A DNA stretch of 64,000 nt from Blastocladiella emersonii ATCC 22665 (GCA_025594325.1 JANHCV010000006.1:186001-250000); one strand, 5' to 3'. Positions 43,780 to 53,472 are shown, counted from the stretch's first letter. Made by a program: numbers and translations. Notes: a model not told the origin generated them from the sequence alone.

Positions 43780-45719
43780 AGCAGGGTCCAGTGGCTTTGA
43801 ATGATGACCTGGCAGTCGTTGGCAATTGCGACCAACGGGATCCAGATGAAAGAGTAGCTCTTGGCCGCGTCAAGGTACTCAATGCTCGAGAACTGAAGGA
43901 ACTGGACGTTGCCTTCAGCGCGGCACCCGGTGACAAGCGACACTGCAATCATGTCCGTCATATTGTACAGCGCAAAGTTCACAGTGTGGGCTCCAGGGAG
44001 CGCGCCGTTTGCGTAGTAGCCCTTTGCATGGACGAGGTAGTAGCCACTGACAGGGGGTTTGACGCATCCATTGATCACAGACGTGAACGCGCCTGCCATG
44101 GACTGGAACGCAAAGGTGGCTGGGCCCGTCGATGCTGTGCCGCCAATGATCTTGCCGCCCGTGGTCACTCCGTTTGTAGAGTGGTGCTTGGCCTGAGCGA
44201 CGTACCGGGTCGTGCCAGACTGCAAGTCAACGTACGCCTTGTTTGCCGCGTTGGTGCCTGCCACTGGAGCGAGGTCAAGGGTGAGCTGCCCTGTGAAGCG
44301 ACCAGTGCCATTGACACGGAGCTTTTCTGTGCCAAGCGTCGCCAAGCCCACGACCACATTGCCGCCACCTGCCACGAGGGAGACCCTGCCTGTGGTTGCA
44401 GACGCAATCTCAATGTTACCCGCCGCTGTGCATGCCAGGTTGCTTCGCAGTACGCCTGCCTGCTTAAAGTCAACGTACGTCAATGTATTGGCACCCAAGT
44501 CAAAGACAAGGTTCGCGCTTGTGGCATTCTGGACCAGGACGTTGGGTACAGTCAGTTGCTTGCCAACTCCAAGACCACCAGCAATGGTGACTGCTCCAGT
44601 GCTTGATGTCAAACTGTCCGTTGTATTCGCAAAGGCAAAGGCAGCGCCAAGCCCAAGGGTGGACTGGGGGAGCGTGCCAGTGACTGAGGCTGCGCTCACG
44701 GCCGTGACCTTGGCCGAGACGTCGGGGAGTCGTGCCAGGTCAATGGTCCCTGCGAGCTTGGCCGAGTCAATGCCAGATGCCAGCTTGGCGTTGGTCAGGG
44801 TCCTGTCGGCGATGCGGGCAGGGTCAAGGATCCCAGTGAGCTTGACCGCCAACACGTCCGCAACCTTGGCGTCCGTGACTGCGCCTGCTGCCAGGTGGGC
44901 TGTTCCAATGGACCCGACGTTGAGCTTGCCCCCATCAATGCCAGTTGCCAGCTTGGCGTTGGTCACGGCCGCGTCTGCCAGGACCAGGGAGCCGACCGTG
45001 CCCGCTGCCAGCTTGGACCCGTCGATGCCAGCTGCCACCTTGGCGTTGGATACGGCACCGTCTGCCAGGGCTCCTGTCCCAATAGTCCCTGCAACGAGCT
45101 TGGACCCAGACACGGACGCGACCTTGGCATCTGTGACTGCCAGGTCAATGAGAGCCGCCGTGCCAACTGTGCCTGCCACAAGCTTGGACCCAGACACGGA
45201 CGCGACCTTGGCATCAGTCACTGAGCCGTCTGCCAGGACCGAGGTCCCAACTGTGCCTGCCACGAGCTTGGACCCGGACACGGACGCAACCTTGGCATCT
45301 GTCACTGAGCCGTCTGCCAGGACCGAGGTTCCGACGGCTGGGAGGTTGGACGCACTGAGCACGCCCACGAGCTTGGACGCAGACACAGTGTCCAGCTGAG
45401 CATCGACGAGCTTGCCTGTGACCTGCCCTGCTGTAATCGTGGCGACCTTGTCAGCCGTGACGCTGGCCGGGAGCAGCTGTGCTGTGCCAACTGACTTGAC
45501 ATAGAGCCCTGCTGCGCCCACGCCAAGGGTCTGGTTGTTGACCTTGGCCGAGACAGTGGTCCCTGAGACTGCCACGCCAGGGCCAGCAACAGGTGCGCCG
45601 ACCGTGGCGTACACGGCACTGATGGCCGCGTCAACGTAGGCCTTGGACACGTCCGGGACCCCCGTGGTAGACACGGTCAGAGACGCAGTACTTGAGACGT
45701 TAAAGATATTCTTGACCAT
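43776..45719 (-). CDS. Virion fibre/spike-like protein with 28-aa shaft repeats and a C1q-like head
   Basis: Repeats LADGSVTDAKVASVSGSKLVAGTVGTSV (84-bp DNA repeats at ~45080-45330). The C-terminus NGCVKPPVSGYYLVHAK...LYN...IEYLDA resembles the C1q fold pattern. Probable ATG at 45719. Confidence 0.65.
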   Translation of the reverse strand: MVKNIFNVSSTASLTVSTTGVPDVSKAYVDAAISAVYATVGAPVAGPGVAVSGTTVSAKVNNQTLGVGAAGLYVKSVGTAQLLPASVTADKVATITAGQVTGKLVDAQLDTVSASKLVGVLSASNLPAVGTSVLADGSVTDAKVASVSGSKLVAGTVGTSVLADGSVTDAKVASVSGSKLVAGTVGTAALIDLAVTDAKVASVSGSKLVAGTIGTGALADGAVSNAKVAAGIDGSKLAAGTVGSLVLADAAVTNAKLATGIDGGKLNVGSIGTAHLAAGAVTDAKVADVLAVKLTGILDPARIADRTLTNAKLASGIDSAKLAGTIDLARLPDVSAKVTAVSAASVTGTLPQSTLGLGAAFAFANTTDSLTSSTGAVTIAGGLGVGKQLTVPNVLVQNATSANLVFDLGANTLTYVDFKQAGVLRSNLACTAAGNIEIASATTGRVSLVAGGGNVVVGLATLGTEKLRVNGTGRFTGQLTLDLAPVAGTNAANKAYVDLQSGTTRYVAQAKHHSTNGVTTGGKIIGGTASTGPATFAFQSMAGAFTSVINGCVKPPVSGYYLVHAKGYYANGALPGAHTVNFALYNMTDMIAVSLVTGCRAEGNVQFLQFSSIEYLDAAKSYSFIWIPLVAIANDCQVIIQSHWTLL

Positions 45720-45739
45720 GTTTAACCTTAAGCAACAGA

Positions 45740-45991
45740 ATGATTTCCAGCGACCATGACCTGAGCCTGGACAAGTGGCGGGAGCACCTCGCTGGGACCA
45801 TGCCCGTGCCAAGCAGCTGGTACAGCAAGAGCGACGAGGACAAGGCCAAGTGGCTACGGAAGCGCGACCGCAAGGCCAACCGGTACACGCACGTCGACGA
45901 CGAGGCAGCGCGGGCAGAGCGGGTCAAGATCCGGATCTACAAGGCACTCAACGCCAAGCGCCAGGACCAGGGGGCAAATAGCACCGTCTGA
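45740..45991 (+). CDS. Small basic hypothetical viral protein
   Basis: K/R-rich 83-aa ORF (alternative ATG near 45800) with viral codon style. Confidence 0.4.
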   Translation: MISSDHDLSLDKWREHLAGTMPVPSSWYSKSDEDKAKWLRKRDRKANRYTHVDDEAARAERVKIRIYKALNAKRQDQGANSTV

Positions 45992-46031
45992 GGGACAAAA
46001 GGCACCTGCCACGGGGAAAAAGGTACGCCCA

Positions 46032-47819
46032 ATGGTGCAAGATGCACGGGGAAAAAGGTACCGACATGGGGACGTTTTATTTTCGGTCCATACAGTAACC
46101 ATCATGGGCCGAAGAACAGTACCAGATCTACTTGCAAGAGTGACCAAGGCAACCGGCGGGCGCATCACGGCCGAGCGCCTTGCAGGGCAGAAGATCAAGG
46201 CGACCATTGACGGCCGCGAGTACACGTTCCCCAATGCCAAAGAGCTCCTTGACGTCTGGGTGCCTTACATCCTTGCCTTTGACTACAAGGTGACGCCCGA
46301 GAGCTATGCCAACAACTTTGGCCGCAAACAAGGCGACTCGCTGTTCTACCTCAAGCACCAGGACGGCGTCACTGGGTACGAGGTCAAGGACCTCCAGGAG
46401 CACGTCCAAGATACGCTTAAAGCGTGGGAAGAGCACCAGGCAACGGGCAAGGTCACTCGAGTCCCAGTTGCTCCACCAGCGGCAAGCCCCAGACCAGAGG
46501 CCCCCGAGTTGGCCACGGACAGCAACAGGGGCAGCAGCGAAGAGGAACGCAACGAGCTGGCAGAAGAGATCTCACAAGCCCTGGACGTCATTGACAAGGA
46601 CGCTGTACCGGACCACTTGCTCCCCGTGCCCATCCGGCCAGTCATGCCTGAGCAGTACCCGGTTGAGGCCGGCGACTATGTTGGTCAAGACATTGACGAG
46701 TACGGCGCCATGATCCCTGGCCAGTACCTGATCCAGAATGACAATGACGGCGGCAACGACCCGCCCCCAAGGCTTGACGACAGCACCCGCGACCTCGTGG
46801 TCATGCCACCAAGCTACAGCCCGGACGTGGCACAGTGGCAAGGCGTGTACAACGAGGGTCACGTCCACCCGGCCATGGACGAGGCACGCATGATTGAGGG
46901 CTCCAAGGACTTGCAGGTCTACAACCCCAAGCGGGCGCTGACAACCACGGACGACATGGAGGTCGACGTTGTCCAGAACTTTCAACAGTTTAACCAGTTC
47001 GTGTACAACAGCTACACGCAGCAGGACACGCAGAACGTCGACATGCGGCAGTTCATCACCCAGTATGAGAACAACTACTACGAGCAGAACGTGGACATGC
47101 GACAGCAGATCCTGGTCCAGTACAACAATGACCCAAACGTCATGGCCGCGCTTGAGCTCATTGCCTCGCAGTTTGCCGGGTCCCAGGTCATGCAGTACCA
47201 GGCGTACCAGGCGCTCATCGAGCAGTCGGCGGCCGCTCAGGGACTGGCCATGGACGCATTTGCCAACCTCGCGTCCGGGATTGTGGACACCCTCCGAGCC
47301 GAACGCAACGACTTTGTCCGCCAGATTGACGCTGGCAACTGCGCGCTTGTGTCTGAGATTGCCACGGGCATGTCCTCTGCGCTCAGCAACCAGCAGGTGC
47401 TCATGAACCAGCTCGCAAGCGGCGTCCAGGGCGCGATCCAAGGGCAGACCCAGAGCAACAAGGCCATGACCAAGACGCTCCAAGACCTTGGGTCCAAGCT
47501 GGACACGATCCCTGCACCCCAAGTCATTGTCCAGCCTGCCGACACAAGCGGCCTCGAGGCCATGATCAGGGAGCTGGCCGCGCAAAACAATTCTGGCAGT
47601 AGTTCTAAGAAGACCGACATGCTCCTCGAACAGATCCTCAAGCAACTGGGCTACAAGAAGCCGACTGACGCGAAGCTGTTCACAGACAAGCGGGCAGCGG
47701 GTAGCGGGCTGACAGCGCCCAAGATCCAGCGTCACCAGAAGATCCCTGAGCGGCCCGTCAAGCAGGTCCGCAAGACCCCAAGGCGCAGCGGCATTGTGCT
47801 TGACCTCAGCTGGGACTGA
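46032..47819 (+). CDS. 595-aa hypothetical viral protein (Q/N-rich middle region)
   Basis: Long ORF with viral codon style at the head of the ATPase-MCP-mCP block. It contains a repeat QNVDMRQ x2. Confidence 0.8.
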   Translation: MVQDARGKRYRHGDVLFSVHTVTIMGRRTVPDLLARVTKATGGRITAERLAGQKIKATIDGREYTFPNAKELLDVWVPYILAFDYKVTPESYANNFGRKQGDSLFYLKHQDGVTGYEVKDLQEHVQDTLKAWEEHQATGKVTRVPVAPPAASPRPEAPELATDSNRGSSEEERNELAEEISQALDVIDKDAVPDHLLPVPIRPVMPEQYPVEAGDYVGQDIDEYGAMIPGQYLIQNDNDGGNDPPPRLDDSTRDLVVMPPSYSPDVAQWQGVYNEGHVHPAMDEARMIEGSKDLQVYNPKRALTTTDDMEVDVVQNFQQFNQFVYNSYTQQDTQNVDMRQFITQYENNYYEQNVDMRQQILVQYNNDPNVMAALELIASQFAGSQVMQYQAYQALIEQSAAAQGLAMDAFANLASGIVDTLRAERNDFVRQIDAGNCALVSEIATGMSSALSNQQVLMNQLASGVQGAIQGQTQSNKAMTKTLQDLGSKLDTIPAPQVIVQPADTSGLEAMIRELAAQNNSGSSSKKTDMLLEQILKQLGYKKPTDAKLFTDKRAAGSGLTAPKIQRHQKIPERPVKQVRKTPRRSGIVLDLSWD

Positions 47820-47845
47820 CGCCCTTTTTTGTTGGCAGTCTTTAA

Positions 47846-48643
47846 ATGTACGACATTGTTGCCATTGACAACGGCTTTACGCGCAACGACGACGGCGAGC
47901 CGCTGCCAATCCCCAAGCACCCGTTCACCATGAACGTCATTGGCGCCAAGGGTCAGGGCAAGTCGACGCTGATCGCAAACATGGTCTGCTTCCCGCACTT
48001 TTACAAGGGCCAGTTCGACAACATCTGGGTCTTTAACCCAACGTTCCACGCCGACGACAAGTACGAGTACATTGCCAGTCAACCAATCCTGCAACCGCCC
48101 AAGAAGGAGCGCAACGTGCTGGACCCCCAGGAGCGCGACCCGGACCGGCTCAAGATCAAGCCAGGGTGCATTGTCACGGACCCCGAGCAGTTCATCCCGA
48201 CCCTGCTCAAGATGCGCCAGGACCTGACCAAGACATTCAAAGAGTCTGGCAAGAAGGCGCTCCAGGACCAGCTGCTGATCATCGACGACGTGCTCGGGCT
48301 CAAGCTGCTGAGCCACAGAACGCTGACCAACTTTCTGTGCAACTCGCGGCACTTGAAGATCAGCTGCATCATTGGCGTCCAGCGGTGGTGTGCCCTGCCC
48401 AAGACTCTGCGCATCAATTGCAGCTACAGCGTCGTCTACCCAATCTATGACAAGACCGAGGTCCAGACGCTGCACAAGGAGATTGGGTCGCAGTTCGACC
48501 TCAAGGAGTTTGAGGCCATCATTGAACAGCTCTTTGACACGCGTACTGGCAACACGAAGCGACGCTTCCTGGGCGTCAACAACCAGAACCCGCCCAAGTA
48601 CCGGCTTGTAGACAGCTTCAGCGAGTGGATTGTGAAGCAGTAG
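47846..48643 (+). CDS. A32-like FtsK/HerA genome-packaging ATPase
   Basis: Walker A GAKGQGKST, Walker B LLIIDDV, and A32 motif NSRHLKISCIIGVQ. Confidence 0.92.
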   Translation: MYDIVAIDNGFTRNDDGEPLPIPKHPFTMNVIGAKGQGKSTLIANMVCFPHFYKGQFDNIWVFNPTFHADDKYEYIASQPILQPPKKERNVLDPQERDPDRLKIKPGCIVTDPEQFIPTLLKMRQDLTKTFKESGKKALQDQLLIIDDVLGLKLLSHRTLTNFLCNSRHLKISCIIGVQRWCALPKTLRINCSYSVVYPIYDKTEVQTLHKEIGSQFDLKEFEAIIEQLFDTRTGNTKRRFLGVNNQNPPKYRLVDSFSEWIVKQ

Positions 48644-48683
48644 ACTCTTGACTTTTTTTTGTTGCCGAGTCCTAAACTAAACC

Positions 48684-49904
48684 ATGTCCAGTACCAACGC
48701 CCAGTTCTCGCAGGTCCTGTCCAAGACTCTCCCTCCCGAGATGTTGTTCAACCTGCCCAAGGAGTCCGTCTATGCCAAGCGCCAGACCGTCCAGTTCACG
48801 GCTCAGGGCGGCCCCAAGTTTGCTCCTGGCAACAGCATCAGCGTCCTGCTCCCGCCGCGCGACAACATGATGGACACGCACTGTACTTTCCTGCAGTTCT
48901 CGGCCAAGACCACGGACGCCAACGTCGCTTTCTGCGATGGTATCTTCAGCGTCATTGACCGTGTCTGCATCTACAGCGCGTCTGGTGCCCTACTCAAAGA
49001 GCTCCCGTACTACAACCTGCGTCAGCGCATCGAGGCCAACGTGACGGTCCCCCAGTACCTCAAGGACTCGTGTCTTGGTGTGGCACAGGGCTACTTTGCG
49101 TCCGGCGCTGACAAGTTCGCCGTCTCGTCCGGGCTGCACCGGTACATGCTGCCCATCAAATCCGCCCTGCTGGCAAACCAGAAGCACCTCCCAATGAAGT
49201 ACACAGGCGGCATCCGCGTCGAGTTCACCCTTGCACCTGGCAGCGACGCCTGCGTGGTCAAGAACAATGCAATCCCGGGCTACACAGTCAAGGACGTCTG
49301 CATTGTCTCGGACCTGATCAAGCTCAACGACCAGCAGATCGCGGTCATGGACGCGGCCTTCAAGAAGCAGGGCCTCAAGCTCTTTGGCACGACCTACAAC
49401 CACCACTTCCTGAACTACTCGGTGCCCAACTCGACGCTCAACATCTCGGACCGCTCGGCCTCACAGAAAGACATCCTGCTGTCGTTCCGCGACAATGCCG
49501 TGCTCAATGACAATGCCAAGGACTCGTTCCTTCGTGCCAAGACCATTACATCGTACCAGTTCAGCGTGGCCGGCCGACTCTTCCCTCAGCGACCCATCCG
49601 CTGTGACGACTACGCGTCCGAGGCGTTTGTTGAGCTGACCAATGCCTTCCATGGCCACATCATTGGCGCTGGCCTCACAGTTGACAAGTTCAACGCGCCG
49701 GCCAAGGGTACCTTTGTTGTCGGCCGTGACCTTGAGTCAAGTTGCACCGTGGTCAGCGGCGACAAGTCTTGCAAGAGCCAGGCTGTGGACATGCAGGTGA
49801 TCCTGACTTCAAGCGTGGCCCCAAACCAGCGCGTGGACGCCTTCATTGGCATCAACGTGGTCTACGAGTTCCTGCCAACCAGCGAGATCAACATCTACAA
49901 GTAA
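48684..49904 (+). CDS. Major capsid protein (double jelly-roll, PLV-type), 406 aa
   Basis: Size, position after the ATPase, and PLV-MCP-like pattern F.PG..I...LP....MD....LQF / SVIDRV.I....G.LL.EL.YYN / LPIKSALL..QKHLP...GGIRVEFTLA / YQFSVAG..FP..PI. Confidence 0.82.
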   Translation: MSSTNAQFSQVLSKTLPPEMLFNLPKESVYAKRQTVQFTAQGGPKFAPGNSISVLLPPRDNMMDTHCTFLQFSAKTTDANVAFCDGIFSVIDRVCIYSASGALLKELPYYNLRQRIEANVTVPQYLKDSCLGVAQGYFASGADKFAVSSGLHRYMLPIKSALLANQKHLPMKYTGGIRVEFTLAPGSDACVVKNNAIPGYTVKDVCIVSDLIKLNDQQIAVMDAAFKKQGLKLFGTTYNHHFLNYSVPNSTLNISDRSASQKDILLSFRDNAVLNDNAKDSFLRAKTITSYQFSVAGRLFPQRPIRCDDYASEAFVELTNAFHGHIIGAGLTVDKFNAPAKGTFVVGRDLESSCTVVSGDKSCKSQAVDMQVILTSSVAPNQRVDAFIGINVVYEFLPTSEINIYK

Positions 49905-49946
49905 CGGCCCTGTCCTTTCTTTTCTTGCGTAGAGTTAAACCCCGCC

Positions 49947-50213
49947 ATGATCTTCCGTAACCTCTGGACCAACTTTAGCAATGTGCTCGGCCAGGTCGGG
50001 TCCTTTGTCAACAAACACATGCTGACCGTCCTCAAAGGCGTCAAGACTGTGTCCAAGTTCTTTGAGCAGTCGCACAACCCCGCTGTGAGCTCCATTGCGC
50101 AGATGGTGACCAAGGGCGCCAACCTTGCCCAAGACATTCACACCTGGTACAACCGACCAACAAGCGAGATCTTTGAGGCAGACGCTGACAACACGGGGAC
50201 AGCTGTACAATAA
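49947..50213 (+). CDS. 88-aa hypothetical protein with N-terminal amphipathic helix
   Basis: ORF between MCP and mCP, preceded by the element's upstream motif. Its N-terminus is FRNLWTNFSNVLGQVGSFV. Confidence 0.6.
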   Translation: MIFRNLWTNFSNVLGQVGSFVNKHMLTVLKGVKTVSKFFEQSHNPAVSSIAQMVTKGANLAQDIHTWYNRPTSEIFEADADNTGTAVQ

Positions 50214-50231
50214 ATTGTTGTCTTTGTTTAA

Positions 50232-50975
50232 ATGTCCGAGTACAAGACGCTGACCATCTGCAGCCACAACCTCAAGAACGGCATCCTGTACCTGCCACGA
50301 CCCCTGTCTGTGCGCAGCGTCAAGGTCAACTCGGCGTACCTCTGCAACAGCTGGCACGCGGTCAACTCCAAGGCCAACAAAGTGTACCTGACCCAGAGCC
50401 ATGGCGCGTTGACGTTCCCGGGTACCATCACCGTCCCTGACGGCAACTACACAGTTGAGACGTTCACGGCCACGCTCAAGAGCCTGCTCAACAACGCGCC
50501 CTCAGCGTACCTCTGGCAGGGCACATGGGACGTCCAGGTTGACTTGACTACCCAGAAGATGCGCCTGGCCAACGACACGGTCGACTTTACAATTGGAACA
50601 GGGACAGCGTCGCTGAACGTCCACATGGGCTTTGTTGGAGCGTATGGCTACAGCAAGGTCCAGTACGCGTCGGCGCTGGTCAACATCTCGCCCATCAACC
50701 TGCTTCACGTCTACTCGCGCAACCTTGGCACCCGGCTTGTGGACAACATGTACAGCGCGTACCCACAAGGCAACGGCGTACTTTGTAGCATCCACGTCAC
50801 GCAACCCTTTGGCAGCTGGTTTGAGCATCAACCACACATGGGCGACTACTTTCGCTTTGACGCGCAGGGACAGGCCCAGCAGATTGACTGTATTGACATT
50901 GACGTGGTAGACGAGAACCTGCGCTCTGTCGACTTTCTCGGCCAACCCTTCTACGTCGAGCTCGCGTTCATCTGA
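50232..50975 (+). CDS. Minor capsid (penton) protein, single jelly-roll
   Basis: Polinton/PLV mCP pattern: N.W..VNS..N.VY, VPDGNYT...F...LKSLLN, and C-terminal IDCIDIDVVDENLRSVDF.G..F.VEL.F. Confidence 0.8.
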   Translation: MSEYKTLTICSHNLKNGILYLPRPLSVRSVKVNSAYLCNSWHAVNSKANKVYLTQSHGALTFPGTITVPDGNYTVETFTATLKSLLNNAPSAYLWQGTWDVQVDLTTQKMRLANDTVDFTIGTGTASLNVHMGFVGAYGYSKVQYASALVNISPINLLHVYSRNLGTRLVDNMYSAYPQGNGVLCSIHVTQPFGSWFEHQPHMGDYFRFDAQGQAQQIDCIDIDVVDENLRSVDFLGQPFYVELAFI

Positions 50976-51006
50976 CATTGACTTTAATTGTTGTCGTACT
51001 GTAAAC

Positions 51007-51108
51007 ATGATCCTCGAGACGCTCCTTGTTGCAACCAACGCCCTGATCCTCGTAGCCAACCTGGCCATTGTTGGGTACACAAGCAAAGTATTCCACGCCA
51101 TAGAGTAA
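51007..51108 (+). CDS. 33-aa hydrophobic micro-ORF (MILETLLVATNALILVANLAIVGYTSKVFHAIE)
   Basis: Hand-translated. It is preceded by TTGTTG..TAAACATG like other viral genes and has one TM-like stretch. Confidence 0.45.
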   Translation: MILETLLVATNALILVANLAIVGYTSKVFHAIE

Positions 51109-51753
51109 GCAACGACATGTGCTTTAAATTCTTTCTGCAAAGGCATAGTAAGACACAGGACAATGAATACTGGCTCTACTGCATCAACGCCCTGCGCACC
51201 TTCCACGAGCATCCCTTGGACTGGCTGTCTGGGCCCCCAGTCAACAGCCAACTACACGGCCATCTGCGACGTGGCCCTGCCAGGTGCCAAGGTTGTGTAC
51301 ACTGTCTGCTTTGAATAGATCCTTCAAGTTAACTTGGTTAGCTACCTTGAAGCCTTTACTGGTCGCTCTCAGACTACCCGGCGGTATGTGTACTTGTGCC
51401 CACAGCACGGGTACATGACTTGGACCCACAGCAGCTCATTGTCATGGACCCAGCTGGGAGCATCATAGTGATCGCATGGCGGCTTGGGCAGGGGGACGAT
51501 CTCTTTGATACAGCCTCGCATAGTTACAGTAGTCCAACAAAGTTTATAAATTGACAAACGCATTCAACGCACTTGGCATGACGTAGCAACGGGACACACT
51601 ACGACATTGACATAAAGTAGAAATAAGGGGTGCTCCGCCCTGTCCAGGAAGCGTTGGCCAAGCGCCTCCCAGACTGCTCCATCCTGGAGGTCTCCTTTCA
51701 TGGTGGCCAGCCACTAATCAGAGTTCCAACACGGAGCAGGCATCATCGCTAAT

Positions 51754-51860
51754 ACTCATTGAACCACACAGCGCCAACACACCCAAAAGACTCATCAAAC
51801 CACACAGCGCCAACACACCCAAAAGACTCATCGAACCACACAGCGCCAACACACCCAAAA
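51754..51860. repeat. 36-bp tandem repeat x3 (AACCACACAGCGCCAACACACCCAAAAGACTCATC..)
   Basis: Directly visible. Confidence 0.9.
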
Positions 51861-52239
51861 AGAGAGAGATAGGAATGGATCAAAGAGCACTGCATGGGTA
51901 GCTAATCCAAGCAGCGCCCACAATCCAGACCAAGACAGGGGATAACCAAGTCATTGCCGTGTACATACAGATGACTCAGCAGATCCCAAGCCAAAGGAAT
52001 AGGGAAGTGGCCACCCGCAATGTCGGCCATGCACCCATACCAGAAGCCTACTGTGAGCGTTGGGCGCATTGCAAAGATGGCCTATACAATCGGAGTAGGG
52101 CTTGAGGCAGTGAATCTGTGACATGGCTTTCATGGTGAGTGGCAAAGAGCAGCTCTCAGGGCAGGGGGAGTGGGGGGTTCTTATAGGGCCAGGGTTAGCG
52201 CTAAATCCTCAGGCACGGGGCCCTGATCTGGCACCCCCA

Positions 52240-52535
52240 ACGTGGCCCCCTGCCTGACCCCCTGCCTGACCCCCCGCCTGACCCCCCGCCTGACCCCCCA
52301 CGTGACCCCCCGCGTGACCCCAGACCTGGCACCCCAGACCCTCCATGACCCGGCACCCCCGACCTGGCACCCCAGACCTGGCACCCTGACCTGGCACCCC
52401 AGACCCTCCATGACCCGGCACCCCAGACCTGGCACCCCAGACACTCCATGACCTGGCACCCCAGACCTGGCACCCCCAACCCTCCATGACCCGGCACCCC
52501 AGACCTGGCACCCCAGACACTCCATGACCTGCCAC
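52240..52535. repeat. C-rich subterminal tandem repeats (CCTGACCCCCC; GACCTGGCACCCCA; CTCCATGACC)
   Basis: Directly visible just inside the right TIR. Confidence 0.85.
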
Positions 52536-52544
52536 GCTGCCTTC

Positions 52545-53472
52545 CTGCCTGCTAAGACGCTGCCTGCTAAGACGCTCCCCTGCCTTGACCTTGTACCTTG
52601 ACCCCTGTCCTGCCCAATACATTGATGCTGCTAAGACGCTCCCCTGCCCTGACCCCTGTACCCTGACCTCTTGTCTTTGAAAGTCCCAATTTCCCCTATA
52701 GAATGCTGGTACTCTATATAGACACTGACTGTTTCATAGGGGAAATTGGGACCTTTACGGTGAGTGGCTTCATAGCAGCCGCTTGCGGCAGGTGGTCAGG
52801 GACGGGCTCGGGGACTGGCTCGGGGACTGCTCACAGATCGACTTGCAGCTGTGCTCAGGGACCAGACCAGGGAACTCTGTCAGTGGGTAGCCGCAGCTGC
52901 GCTGCTCTTCGTCTCGCTGCGCTCGCCGGCCGCCGCCAACCGCTCGGGGTAAGCAATGGTCAGCCTGAGTGGTTGGTCAGGGACGGGCTCAGGGATCTGC
53001 TCTCAGACTTGTCTCGCAGATCAACTCACAGATCAACTCGCAGATCGACTTGCAGCTGTGCTCAGGGACCAGACCAGGGAACTCTGTCAGTGGGTAGCCG
53101 CAGCTGCGCTGCTCTTCGTCTCGCTGCGCTCACCAGCCGCCGCCGACCGCTCGGGGTAAGCAATGGTCAGCCCAAGGGGTTGGTCAGGGACTGGCTTGGG
53201 GGTCAGGTCAGGGACTCACTCCTCGACCACTCGCCCCCCTCCCTTCCACCCACCCTCCCACCCACCTGCTTTGGCCTTCGGCCTCCGTCTGCATGTCGTG
53301 TTCCCTAAGGGAACACGACATTTGAATCCAACATTTTATTAACCACCTGGGGTAAGCAACTGGGTCTCACGTGGTTACCCCGAGTGACTGCTGCCAACCG
53401 CTCGGGGTAAGCAATTGGTCAGCCCGAGTGGCAGTGGGTCAGCCCATGTTGTATCCCTTAAGGGATACGACA
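52545..53472 (-). repeat. Right TIR (~930 bp)
   Basis: Reverse complement of the left TIR with scattered transitions. Confidence 0.92.

Larger units (their letters stand above)
36743..53472. mobile_element. Endogenous Polinton-like virus (Preplasmiviricota-type), 16,730 bp
   Basis: TG...CA termini, ~930-bp TIRs, CTAAC duplicated on both sides, and an empty site at 947-951. Compact intronless genes: capsids, packaging ATPase, rve integrase, tyrosine recombinase, primase-helicase, fibre. Composition is visibly less GC/CpG-rich than host genes (not computed). Confidence 0.93.

Noticed and set aside
36743-53472. Canonical Maverick/Polinton or Lavidaviridae virophage
   Set aside because: No pPolB motifs and no adenain-like protease were recognised. 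The MCP (406 aa) is shorter than typical virophage MCPs. PLV is the better fit, pending phylogeny.
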